Part shown: piece after piece, positions 11,662-21,263 of the stretch
Layout of the letters: every line of letters begins with the position of its first letter
How positions within the stretch are numbered: the first letter of the stretch is position 1
NCBI GenBank assembly: GCA_963795295.1
Contig: CAWCHE010000001.1
Coordinates: forward strand, 557,389-621,388
Source: an uncultured Solirubrobacterales bacterium
Lineage (GTDB): Bacteria; Actinomycetota; Thermoleophilia; Solirubrobacterales; 70-9
Direction: 5' to 3'
Length of the DNA stretch: 64,000 nt
The notes under the pieces: model-generated
The model's database searches: none
Seen by the model: the letters and a program-made list of their open reading frames with translations, nothing else
What the model was told of the DNA's origin: nothing
Translations under genes and position numbers: made by a program

Positions 11662-12435
11662 TTGAGCGTTCTCCGCAACCTCGAGAGTCGCATCGAAGGC
11701 CTGGTCGAGGGAGTCTTCAGCCGCGCCTTCAGCTCGGAGGTACAGCCGGTCGAACTCGCGCGGCGGCTGGCGAAGGAGATGGACGCCCACAAGACGGCGG
11801 GGGTGGCGCGGGTCTACGTCCCCAACGAGTACACCGTCCATCTCTCCAAGCAGGACCGGGTGAAGCTCGAGGGATACGAGCGCGCCCTCGAGCAGGAGCT
11901 CTCCGGCTACCTGCTCGACCACGCCAGAAGACGCAGCTACGACCTCTTGACCCGGCCGGCGGTCGAGTTCAAGACCGACGAGCGGCTGCGGCTCGGCGAG
12001 TTCGGGATCCAGACCCGGCTCGTCAAGCCCCCCGCCCACGAGGGCGAGCGCCCGAGCCAGGGCGAGGAGGGCCACACGATGGTCTACTCGGCCGTGAAGG
12101 AGCGTGAGCCGGTCGAGGAGAAGAGCCCGCCGCGCGCCGAGGCGACGGTCGCGACCAGGGCGGTCGTCTCCCTCGATGACCGCCGCTACGTCCTCGAGGG
12201 CCCGCGGGCGACGATCGGCCGCTCGAAGGAGGTCGAGTGCGTCCTCCGCGACCCCAACGTCTCCCGCCGCCATGCCGAGCTGCGCCGCTCCTCGACCGGG
12301 GACTGGACGATCGTCGATCTCGGCTCGACGAACGGGATCAAGGTCAACGGCAGCCGCGTCGCGTCGAGCCGCCTCAGCCCGGGCGACCAGGTCACCGTCG
12401 GGTCCACGACCTTCCTGTTCGACATCGAGCAGTAG
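11662..12435 (+). CDS. fhaA: FhaA-like protein (DUF3662 N-terminal domain + C-terminal FHA domain)
   Basis: In-frame TTG at 11662 gives LSVLRNLESRIEGLVEGVFSRAF (FhaA N-terminus). C-terminal FHA motifs are GR....V.L.D..VSRRHAEL and STNGI.VNG. Confidence 0.85.
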   Translation: MSVLRNLESRIEGLVEGVFSRAFSSEVQPVELARRLAKEMDAHKTAGVARVYVPNEYTVHLSKQDRVKLEGYERALEQELSGYLLDHARRRSYDLLTRPAVEFKTDERLRLGEFGIQTRLVKPPAHEGERPSQGEEGHTMVYSAVKEREPVEEKSPPRAEATVATRAVVSLDDRRYVLEGPRATIGRSKEVECVLRDPNVSRRHAELRRSSTGDWTIVDLGSTNGIKVNGSRVASSRLSPGDQVTVGSTTFLFDIEQ

Positions 12436-12442
12436 GGCGGCC

Positions 12443-12913
12443 GTGGACTACGACCCGATCTCGGTTGCGCTCAAGTTCGGCTTTCTCGTCGTCCTCTACC
12501 TGTTCCTGCTCTGGATCGCGAGGTCGGCCCTCAAGGACCTGCGGCGCACCGTCGCCCCCGCCCCGGACGCGACCGGCTTCCACCCGGCGCCCGCCTTCAG
12601 CCCCGCGGCCGCCGGGGACGCTTGGCTGATCGCCGAGCGGGGGGGAGGGCTGGAGCAAGGGGAGCGATTCGACCTGATCGGCGGGCTCTCGATCGGCCGC
12701 TCGCGCGACGCCGACGTCCAGATCGACGACCGCTACGCCTCCGGCGTCCACGCCAGGATCTTCAACCGCGATGCGCACACCTACGTCGAGGACATGAGCT
12801 CCACCAACGGCACACTGCTCAACGACGCGACCCTGAAGGGGGAGGCCGAGCTGCTCGACGGTGACGTGGTCCGCATCGGCGACACCGAGTTCAGGTTCGA
12901 GACTGGGCCCTGA
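12443..12913 (+). CDS. fhaB: FhaB/FipA-like membrane-anchored FHA domain protein
   Basis: GTG at 12443 gives VDYDPISVALKFGFLVVLYLFLLWI (TM helix). C-terminal FHA motifs are IGRSRDADVQIDD.YASGVHARI and STNGTLLND. Confidence 0.85.
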   Translation: MDYDPISVALKFGFLVVLYLFLLWIARSALKDLRRTVAPAPDATGFHPAPAFSPAAAGDAWLIAERGGGLEQGERFDLIGGLSIGRSRDADVQIDDRYASGVHARIFNRDAHTYVEDMSSTNGTLLNDATLKGEAELLDGDVVRIGDTEFRFETGP

Positions 12914-12983
12914 CGCGCATGCGCAGCGGCCATCCATATCTGACTCCTTGGGCGCGGAGCATGCGCGGATCCAGGTGTGACTG

Positions 12984-14165
12984 ATGCTGCGGGTCGAGGA
13001 GCAGTCGTTCCGCACCGACACCGGCCGGCAGCGCAGCGCCAACGAGGACTCCTACTTCGTCCGCTCTCCGATCTTCGTCGTCGCCGACGGGATGGGGGGA
13101 GCCCAGGCCGGCGAGGTCGCCTCGAAGGCGGCGGCCGAGGCCTTCGACCGCGACCTTCCCGCCGGCGCGCCGGAGGCCTTCCTGCGCGAGACGATCGAGG
13201 CCGCCAACCGCGAGATCCACCAGCTCGCCCGTGACGATCCCTCCCGGGCCGGGATGGGGACGACGATCACGGCGGCGATCGTCAACCCGGGCAGCGAAGA
13301 GGTCGCGATCGGCCACGTCGGCGACAGCCGCGCCTATCGGCTGCGCGCCGGCAAGCTCGAGCGCCTGACCCGCGACCACTCGCTGGTCGAGGAAATGCGG
13401 CGCAAGGGCCAGCTCACCGACGCCCAGGCCGAGGACCACCCGCAGCGCTCGATCATCACCAGGGCCCTCGGCCCCGAGCCCGACGTCGACGTCGACGTGC
13501 AGACGGTCCCGGCCGGTCCCGGCGACGTCTTCCTGCTCTGCTCCGACGGGCTGACGACGATGCTCGGCGACGAGCAGATCGCGAAGCTGCTCGCCGACGC
13601 GACCTCGATCGAGGCCGCGGTCCGAGCCCTGGTCGACGAGGCGAACCGCGCCGGCGGCCGCGACAACATCACCGCCCTCGCCTTCCGGCTCGAGGACGCG
13701 GCCGCTCCCCGTGACGATCCCCACGGGGCGACCCTGATCGGCCCGTCGGCCGAGGCGGAGGGCCTGACCGGGACCGAGGTCCGCCGCCGGGCCGCCGCCG
13801 CCGCGGCCAAGGAGCGGCGCGAGAAGATCGACGTGAAGCCGCGCCGGCGCCGGGCGCGGACCGCCGCCAAGGTCGTGGCCGGGCTCGTCCTCCTCGCCGC
13901 CATCGCCTTCGGCGCCTGGTACGGGAATCGCCAGGTCTGGTTCCTCGGCACCGACGACGGCGGCCGCGTCGCGATCTACCGCGGTCTCCCCTACGAGCTC
14001 CCCTTCGGCGTCAGGCTCTACTCCGAGCATTACGCGAGCCCGATCCAGACGACGGGGCTCTCCAGCCGCCGCCGCGACGCGGTCACCGGCAACGACCTCC
14101 GCTCGCGCTCGGACGCGGTCTCCCTGGTCGAAGAAATCGAACGAAGCCTGGGGGTGCCGCGGTGA
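12984..14165 (+). CDS. pstP: PP2C-family Ser/Thr phosphatase with C-terminal TM segment
   Basis: 393 aa. TDTGRQRSANEDS, ADGMGG and CSDGL motifs, in the position between fhaB and rodA. Confidence 0.92.
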   Translation: MLRVEEQSFRTDTGRQRSANEDSYFVRSPIFVVADGMGGAQAGEVASKAAAEAFDRDLPAGAPEAFLRETIEAANREIHQLARDDPSRAGMGTTITAAIVNPGSEEVAIGHVGDSRAYRLRAGKLERLTRDHSLVEEMRRKGQLTDAQAEDHPQRSIITRALGPEPDVDVDVQTVPAGPGDVFLLCSDGLTTMLGDEQIAKLLADATSIEAAVRALVDEANRAGGRDNITALAFRLEDAAAPRDDPHGATLIGPSAEAEGLTGTEVRRRAAAAAAKERREKIDVKPRRRRARTAAKVVAGLVLLAAIAFGAWYGNRQVWFLGTDDGGRVAIYRGLPYELPFGVRLYSEHYASPIQTTGLSSRRRDAVTGNDLRSRSDAVSLVEEIERSLGVPR

Positions 14166-15472
14166 CCTCGGCCAGGAACCGGGAGCTCGGCGCCCTGGTT
14201 CCCGTGGCGCTGCTGCTGACAGCCGGCTTCGCTGCGGTCTTCGCCCAGGAGAAGGCGCTCGACAACCTCAGCCTCGTCTACGGGGCCTACTTCCTCGCGC
14301 TCTGCCTGGCGACCCACATCTACCTGCGGGTCCGCCTGCCCAACGCCGACCCCTACCTGTTCCCGCTGGTCGCGCTGCTGACCGCGATCGGCCTGGTGAT
14401 GATCTACCGGATCGACGCCGACCTGGCCCGCGACCAGGCCAACTGGTTCGTCTTCGGCCTCGTCCTCTTTGCGGTGACGATCCACTTCCTCCGCGACTAC
14501 GACGTGCTTGAGCGCTACCGGTACACGATCGCTGTCATCGGCCTGCTCCTCCTCCTCGCCCCGCGGCTGCCGGGCGTCGGCCAGCAGGTCAACGGCGCCT
14601 ACCTCGGGGTCAAGATCGGCCCGCTCGCCTTCCAGCCGGCCGAGTTCTCGAAGATCTGCATCGTCGTCTTCCTCGCCAGCTACCTGCGTGAGAACCGCGA
14701 GGTGCTGATCGTCGGCGCCCGCCGGGTCCTCGGCGTCACCCTGCCGCCGCTCAAGCACCTGGGCCCGCTGCTGGTCGTCTGGGGAGCCTCGATGTTCATG
14801 CTCGTCTTCATCCGCGACCTCGGCAGCTCGCTGATGTTCTTCGCCGCCTTCCTGGCGCTGCTCTACGTGGCGACCGGGCGCTTCTCGTTCGTCGTCATCG
14901 GGATGGGGATGTTCGTGGTCGGAGCCTGGTTCTTCGCCTCCACCGTGCCCCACGTCGGCGACCGGGTCGACGTCTGGCTCAACCCCTACAACGACCCGAC
15001 CGGGAGCGGGTACCAGATCCTCCAATCGATCTTCGCCCAGGCCGACGGGGGGCTGTTCGGCAAAGGCTTCGGCCAGGGGCTGATCACGATCCCCGGGACC
15101 CACAAGGCGCTGCTGCCGGCGGCGCAGACGGACACGATCTACGCCCTGATGGTCAACGAGCTGGGGCTGTTCGGCGCCTGCGGGGTGATCCTCGTCTACC
15201 TGCTGACCGCGGCGCGCGGGTTCAAGGTGGCGCTGCTCGCCGACGACGGCTTCTCGAAGCTGCTGGCGACGGGCCTGACCGCCGTCTTCGCGATCCAGGC
15301 CTTCGTGATCGTCGGCGGGGTGACGCGGGTGATCCCCCTGACCGGGGTGACGCTGCCCTTCGTCAGCTACGGGGGCAGCTCGATCGTCGCCAACTTCGTC
15401 CTCCTCGCCCTGCTGCTGTTGATCTCCGACCGCGCCCGCCGTGAGGCCGGCGAACGCGAGGGGACGTTGTGA
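14162..15472 (+). CDS. rodA: SEDS-family peptidoglycan polymerase (FtsW/RodA)
   Basis: 436 aa polytopic membrane protein with QP.EF.K and VTLPF.SYGGSS motifs. GTGA overlap with pstP. Confidence 0.9.
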   Translation: MTSARNRELGALVPVALLLTAGFAAVFAQEKALDNLSLVYGAYFLALCLATHIYLRVRLPNADPYLFPLVALLTAIGLVMIYRIDADLARDQANWFVFGLVLFAVTIHFLRDYDVLERYRYTIAVIGLLLLLAPRLPGVGQQVNGAYLGVKIGPLAFQPAEFSKICIVVFLASYLRENREVLIVGARRVLGVTLPPLKHLGPLLVVWGASMFMLVFIRDLGSSLMFFAAFLALLYVATGRFSFVVIGMGMFVVGAWFFASTVPHVGDRVDVWLNPYNDPTGSGYQILQSIFAQADGGLFGKGFGQGLITIPGTHKALLPAAQTDTIYALMVNELGLFGACGVILVYLLTAARGFKVALLADDGFSKLLATGLTAVFAIQAFVIVGGVTRVIPLTGVTLPFVSYGGSSIVANFVLLALLLLISDRARREAGEREGTL

Positions 15473-16935
15473 ACCGTCAGATAGTCAAATTGTTCGCCTT
15501 CATCGTCGTCCTCTTCGCGATCCTGATCGGGTTCACGTCCTACTGGTCGGTCTTCGACGCCAAGGCGCTGAAGCAGAAGGACGCCAACAAGCGGCCGCTC
15601 CTCGAGCAGCAGCAGATCAAGCGGGGCAGGATCCTGACCGCCGACGGGACCGTGATCGCCCGCTCGGTCCCGAAGGGGAGCGGCGCCGGGCTGCGCTACG
15701 TGCGCCGCTATCCGGAAGGGTCGCTCTACGGCCATCCGATCGGGTACAGCTTCGTGCGCGAGGGCGACTCCGAGTTCGAGCAGTTCCACAACGACGAACT
15801 GGTCGGCCAGGAATCGGAATTCGGCTCGATCCTCGACCAGCTCCGCGGCAAGCGCCAGGAGGGCAACGACATCGTCACCAACATCGACGCCGCCGCCCAG
15901 CGCTCGGCCCTGGAAGGGCTGCAGGCCGCCGAACGCTTCGGCGCGGTGGTCGCGATCGAACCGAGCACCGGCGCCATCCTCGCGCTCGCCTCCAACGCCC
16001 CCTACGACCCCAATCGCGTCCCCTACGAACTGACCAAGCTCAACCTCAACGAAGCCGAATCGCCGCTGCTGGATCGCGCGACCCAGTCCCGCTACCCGCC
16101 GGGATCGACCTTCAAGGTCGTCACCGCCGCCGCGGCGCTCGACAGCGGCACGATCACACCGGACACGGCGATCGACGCCCCCGGCTCGCTCGACGTCCAG
16201 GGGATCCCGCTCGAAAACGACTTCGGCACCTCCTATGCCGGCCTGACCCTCGACAACGCGCTGACCGACTCGGTCAACACCTGGTTCGCCCAGGTCGGAG
16301 AAAAGGTCGGCGAGGACACCCTCTTCGAATACATGGAAAGGTTCGGCTTCAACACCAAGCCGGCGATCGACCTGCCGTCCGACCAGCTCCAGGCGAGCGG
16401 AATCGTCGACCTTGAATCCGAAACACTCCTCACCCGCAACGACCCGATCGACATTGCCCGCGTCGCGATCGGCCAGGAGCGGCTGCTCGCGACCCCGCTG
16501 CAGATCGCCGAGGTCGCGGCGGCGGTGGCCAACAAGGGAAAGCTGATGAAGCCGCAGATCTGGAATCGGGTCGTCGACCCCGACGGCCGCGTCATCGACA
16601 GCCTCGATCCCTCCGAGTACAGCCAGCCGATCAGCGAAGAGACCGCGGCCGAGCTGACCACCGCGATGGAAGGCGTGGTCAGCTCCGGAACCGGTACCAA
16701 CGCGGAGATCTCGGGCGTCCCCGTCGCCGGCAAGACCGGCACCGCGGAAACCCCCGGCAACGAAAGCTGCGGCGGCGGCGAGGAGCAGAACCAGGCCTGG
16801 TTCATGGGCTTCGCGCCCGCCGACGACCCGAAGGTCGCGATCGCGGTCTCGGTCGAGTGCACCGAACAGTTCGGAAACGACATCGCCGCTCCGATCTTCC
16901 GCCAGGTCGCGGAAACGATCCTCGACGGCGAATGA
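15469..16935 (+). CDS. pbpA: Class B penicillin-binding protein (transpeptidase)
   Basis: 488 aa. STFK active-site motif (PGSTFKVVTAAAAL), SxN-like motif and KTGTAE. GTGA overlap with rodA. Confidence 0.9.
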   Translation: MNRQIVKLFAFIVVLFAILIGFTSYWSVFDAKALKQKDANKRPLLEQQQIKRGRILTADGTVIARSVPKGSGAGLRYVRRYPEGSLYGHPIGYSFVREGDSEFEQFHNDELVGQESEFGSILDQLRGKRQEGNDIVTNIDAAAQRSALEGLQAAERFGAVVAIEPSTGAILALASNAPYDPNRVPYELTKLNLNEAESPLLDRATQSRYPPGSTFKVVTAAAALDSGTITPDTAIDAPGSLDVQGIPLENDFGTSYAGLTLDNALTDSVNTWFAQVGEKVGEDTLFEYMERFGFNTKPAIDLPSDQLQASGIVDLESETLLTRNDPIDIARVAIGQERLLATPLQIAEVAAAVANKGKLMKPQIWNRVVDPDGRVIDSLDPSEYSQPISEETAAELTTAMEGVVSSGTGTNAEISGVPVAGKTGTAETPGNESCGGGEEQNQAWFMGFAPADDPKVAIAVSVECTEQFGNDIAAPIFRQVAETILDGE

Positions 16936-16964
16936 GGGCTCGATGAGACAAGGAGGAGGGGAGA

Positions 16965-18837
16965 GTGGCTGAGGTCAGCGAGGGCAGCGTCGTCGACGGG
17001 CGCTACAAGGTGCTGCGCCGGATCGGGTCCGGCGGCATGGCCGACGTCTGGCTCGCCGAGGACACCCACCTGCAGCGCGAGGTCGCGCTCAAGGTCCTCC
17101 ACACCCGCTTCACCCAGGACAGGGAATTCGTCGAGCGCTTCCGCCGCGAGGCCGAGGCGGCGGCCGGCCTCAACCACCCCAACATCGTCTCGGTCTACGA
17201 CCGCGGCGACGTCGACGGGACCTACTACATCGCTATGCAGTACCTGGAGGGCCGCGACCTCAAGCAGCTGATCGACGTCGGCCTCTCGCCGGCGCAGGCC
17301 GTCTACCAGATCCGCCAGGTGCTGGAGGCGGCCCGCTTCGCCCACCGGCATGGGGTCGTCCATCGCGACCTGAAGCCGCAGAACGTGATCGTCGACGACG
17401 AGGGCAAGGCGGTCGTCACCGATTGGGGGATCGCCCGCGCCGGCGTCTCGGAGATAACCCAGACCGGCTCGGTGATGGGGACCCCGCACTACCTCTCGCC
17501 CGAGCAGGCCCAGGGCGAAGAGGTGACCCCGGTCTCGGACCTCTACTCGATCGGCGTGATGCTCTACGAGGCCCTCGCCGGCCGCGTGCCCTTCGAAGGC
17601 GAAAGCGCAGTGGCGGTCGCGATGAAGCAGGTCTCGCAGGCGCCGCAGCGGCCGAGCTCGATCAACCCCCGGGTCTCCCCGGCGCTCGACGCGGTCGTGA
17701 TGCGGGCCCTCGAGAAGAGCCCGGGCGAGCGATTCCAGAGCGCCGACGCCTTCATCGCCGCGCTCGACACGGCGCTGAAGGCGGGCGACGAGGTCGGCGG
17801 CGGCACCGCGACCTTCGCGCCGCTGCCGCCGGCGGCGATGGCGGTGACCGACGCCGAGGCCGCCGAGATGGACGCGATCGAAGCGGAGGAACGCAAACGG
17901 CGGCGTGCTGATCTGGACTGCGATCGCGGTCTCCCTCGCGATCCTGGCGATCGCGATCTTCTCGCTGACCCGCGACACGACGGCGAACGTCCCGCGGGTC
18001 ACCAACCGCCCGGTCGAACGGGCCGAAGAGCGGCTGCGGGAAGAAGGCTTCAAGGTCGGCGACCTGAAGGAAGTCCAGAACGAAGCGCCGCCCGAAACCG
18101 TGCTCGAGCAGGACCCGATCGCCGGCGAGGTCTCCCTCGACTGCTCCTTCCTCAGCTTCTTCTGCTCGAAGCCGGAAGTCGTCCTCACCGTCAGCGTCGG
18201 CCCCGGCAACGCCGAAGTCCCGGCGACGGCCGGGCTGGCGCAGGACGAGGCGACCGAAAAGCTCGAAGACGCCGGCTTCGAAGTCGGCATCGCGCGGGCC
18301 AACTCGGCCAAGGTCGAAGAAGGGCTGGTCGCCCACTCGACCCCCTCGGGCGGCTCGACCGCGATCAGGGGATCGACCGTCGTGCTGACGATCTCGGCCG
18401 GGCCGAAGCTGACCAAGGTCCCGATCCTGGTCGGCACCCAGCGCTCCGTCGCCGTCCAGCAGATCCGCGGCCGCGGGCTGGTCCCCAGCGTCAGCGAAGA
18501 GTCCAGCTCCTCACCCGCCGGCCAGGTGATCCGCCAGTCGCCGAGCGCGGGCAGCGACGTCGAGCCGGGAGCGACGATCTCGATCGTCGTCTCCAAGGGT
18601 GAAGAGAAGGCGTCGGTCCCCAACGTGATCGGCAAGCTCCGCGCCGACGCCGTCTCGGCGGTCCGCGAAGCGGGCCTCGACCCCTCGGTCGAAGAAGAGG
18701 AAACGGATGTCGCGAGCAAAGTCGGCAAGGTCACCGACCAGTTCCCGCCGCCGGCCTCGGAACTGGCCCCTGGCGCGGAAGTGACGCTGGTGGTCGGCAA
18801 GGCCGCCGCCGCGGTCCCGCCGGAAGAAGAAGAATGA
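16965..18837 (+). pseudogene. pknB: PASTA-domain Ser/Thr kinase PknB, interrupted by one frameshift as sequenced (about 17895-17905)
   Basis: The kinase domain lies in the frame of ORF 16965 (GSGGMADVWLA, HRDLKPQN, DWG, SPEQ). After ...EAEERKRRR the TM helix VLIWTAIAVSLAILAIAIFSL and four PASTA repeats continue in the +1 frame (ORF 17905-18837). The original frame turns into Arg-rich nonsense. Confidence 0.9.
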
Positions 18838-19804
18838 GCCGGGTCGCGGTCGTCTACGGCGGCCGCTCCTCCGAGCACGACGTCTCGATGCGCTCCGGGG
18901 AGGCGGTCGCCCGCGGCCTCGAGGAGGCCGGCCACGAGGTGCTGCGGGTGACGGTCTCCCGCGACGGCCGCTGGAGCTCGGAGGGCGTCGAGCTGGCGCT
19001 GACACCGGGCCGCGGCCTGCTCGGCGCCGACGTCTGCTTCCCGGTCATGCACGGCCCATTCGGCGAGGACGGCAGCGCCCAGGGGCTGCTCGAGTGGCTC
19101 GACGTCCCCTACGTCGGCTCCGACGTCCTCTCCTCCTCGATCTGCATGGACAAGCTGACCCTGAAGCGGCTCTGCGGCCAGGCGGGCCTGCCCCAGGTCG
19201 AGTTCACCGCGGTCGGCGAGGAGGGCTGGCGCGAGCGCTGCGCCGAGCTCGGCTCGCCGCTCTGGGTGAAGCCCTCGCGGCTCGGCTCGAGCGTCGGGAT
19301 CAGCCGCGTCGAGGGGACCGGCGAGGCGCTCGAGGCAGCCGTCGAGCTCGCCCTCGGGCACGACCCCCGGGTGATCGTCGAGGCCTCGGCGAACGGCCGC
19401 GAGGTCGAGTGCTCGCTGCTCGGCAACGAGGAGGTCGAGGTCTCACCGCCGGGGGAGATCGTCGCCCACGGCGATTGGTACGACTACGAGACCAAGTACA
19501 GCGCGGGGGGGATGGAGCTGGTGGTGCCGGCGCCGATCCCCGACGACCGGCCGCCCGTCTGCGTGAGCTGGCGCTTGCGGCCTTCAGGCTCGGGGGCTGC
19601 TCCGGGCTGGCGCGCTGCGACTTCTTCGTCGAGCCCGACGGCGCCGTCCTCGTCAACGAGATCAACACCGTCCCGGGCTTCACCGAGACCAGCGTCTACG
19701 CCAAGCTCTGGGAGGCCGGCGGCCTCGGCTACCGGGACCTCTGCAACCGCCTCGTCGAGCTCGCGATCGAGCGCCACGAGCGGGCCCGGTCCTTCGACTT
19801 CTGA
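18834..19804 (+). pseudogene. ddl: D-alanine--D-alanine ligase, one frameshift as sequenced (about 19547)
   Basis: The N-terminal part, [15 protein letters not shown]...[13 protein letters not shown]...[11 protein letters not shown], is in the frame of ORF 18834. The C-terminal part, [45 protein letters not shown], is in the frame of ORF 19094-19804. The junction lies at a C-run in GACGACCGGCC. ATGA overlap with the pknB stop. Confidence 0.9.
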
Positions 19805-19825
19805 GTCTTCCGGCAGGCGCCGGGG

Positions 19826-21235
19826 TTACTTGGCGATCTTGAACGGGGTGCTGAGGCTGGACCCGCCGACGCTCGCGGTCAGCCTGTAAATAGCCGGTTT
19901 CAGGGCCCTGCCGCCGAGCCGCCCGGAGAACCTGAAGCTGTTGGCGCCGGCCGCGCCGGAATGGCTGAAGCTCCCCGCCAGCGGCCGGTAGAAGGCGCAG
20001 GTCTTGTGCCGTGAGTTCCGCTTCGTCTTCTTCGCGCAGGCCCTGCTGGCCCGACGCCCGACGATCCTCCTCTCGACGGTGAAGACGGGGCTCGCGGCCG
20101 CGGAGAGCGAGTAGGAGACGGTGGCGCTGATCGGAGCGGCGCCCCTGCCCTTCACATCACTGACGGCGCTGACGATCGCCTCGCCGAAGTTGACCGGCCG
20201 GAAGGCCAATGGCGCCACCGCCAGCGACTGGATCCTGCCGATCACCGAGTGGGACGGAGCCGGAATCAGCTCGAAGGCGCCGATGTCCGGTCTCGTCCCG
20301 AGCGTGCGCGGGCTGCCGGTGAGGTCGAGGTCGCCGATCAGCGGGTCGGCGACCCCGGCGTCGACCGTTGGCGACCCGATTGCCTCGCGGTAGTCGCCGC
20401 CCGCGGCGTCGAGGAACAGGGCCGGCGCTTTCAGGTTGCCTCCAGAATCGACGATCGACGCCGCCGGCTCGGTGTGGACCGTTCCGAAGTCGGAGTTGGA
20501 GACGGTGACTTTGGCCGCCACGCCGTAGGTTTCGTTCGAGTCGGCCCTGAGGTCGTATTCATCGCCGCCGGCGATCGTGTTCTTCAGGTCAAGGGAGTGG
20601 GATTGGGCCCCGGCGATGATCTCGGTATCGGTGAGGACGCCGACGGATCCCGGCCCGGTCGCGATCGCGGTGACGTTACGGGCCACACCTACACCGGCCT
20701 GGTAGCCGGTGCTCCTCGGGCCGCCGATTTCGAGCCATCGGCGCGGGCGAGGGTGTCGCGGACCAGGCAGTCCTCCACCTGGGTGATGCCGGTTGCGTTG
20801 GCGCCGACCGCGCTCGCTCGCACGCGTTCGACGCGGTCTCCCGACCCGCAGAGGATCGCGATCGGGCTTTCCGGGCGGCTGTTGACGATGTCGACGTAGC
20901 GGATGCTGCTGCCCATGCCTCGGAAGCCGATCATCCAGGCTTCCACCGACCCCGTGATCCTCGGCATCGGGCCGCCGAGCTCCCCGTGGACGTCGACGTC
21001 GTCGACCCCGTATTCGGTGAAGGCGGCTTCGTCCAGGGTGTAGGACCCCGGAGTGACGATCACCTCGTCGTTCGAGGCTGCTTTCGTGATCGCCCGGAAA
21101 AGAGAGCAGGGTTCTTTGGCCGTGCACCCTTCCCCGACACCGGTCGGAGCCGCATAGCGTTGCGCGGCCTCAGCCGATCCTCCGAGTCGCCGCCAGCGCG
21201 GCGAGGACGATCGCTGCTCCCCCAACAAGCCTCAT
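19826..21235 (-). pseudogene. Secreted right-handed beta-helix (pectate-lyase-fold-like) protein with C-terminal Ig-like domain; two frameshifts as sequenced
   Basis: ATG at 21235 gives the signal peptide MRLVGGAAIVLAALAA, then the frame changes near 21185 to ...GGSAEAAQRYAAPTG...VIVTPGSYTL. It changes again near 20725 into ORF 19826-21127 (NVTAIATGPG...NTIAGG...VSNSDFG... and the tail YRLTASVGGSSLSTPFKIAK). Confidence 0.65.
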
Positions 21236-21263
21236 CCCCCCGATGGTACGGGTCCCAGGGGCC

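Noticed and set aside
16233-19361. 1042-aa ORF on the minus strand opposite pbpA, pknB and ddl. Similar long antisense ORFs occur elsewhere, for example 45101-47692 (863 aa), 5381-7111, 1296-2897, 25458-27269, 41993-43888 and 39727-41448.
   Set aside because: These are shadow ORFs typical of about 70% GC DNA. Their translations are Arg/Ala/Gly/Pro/Asp-rich low-complexity strings without motifs, while the opposite strand encodes highly conserved proteins with proper GC3 bias.
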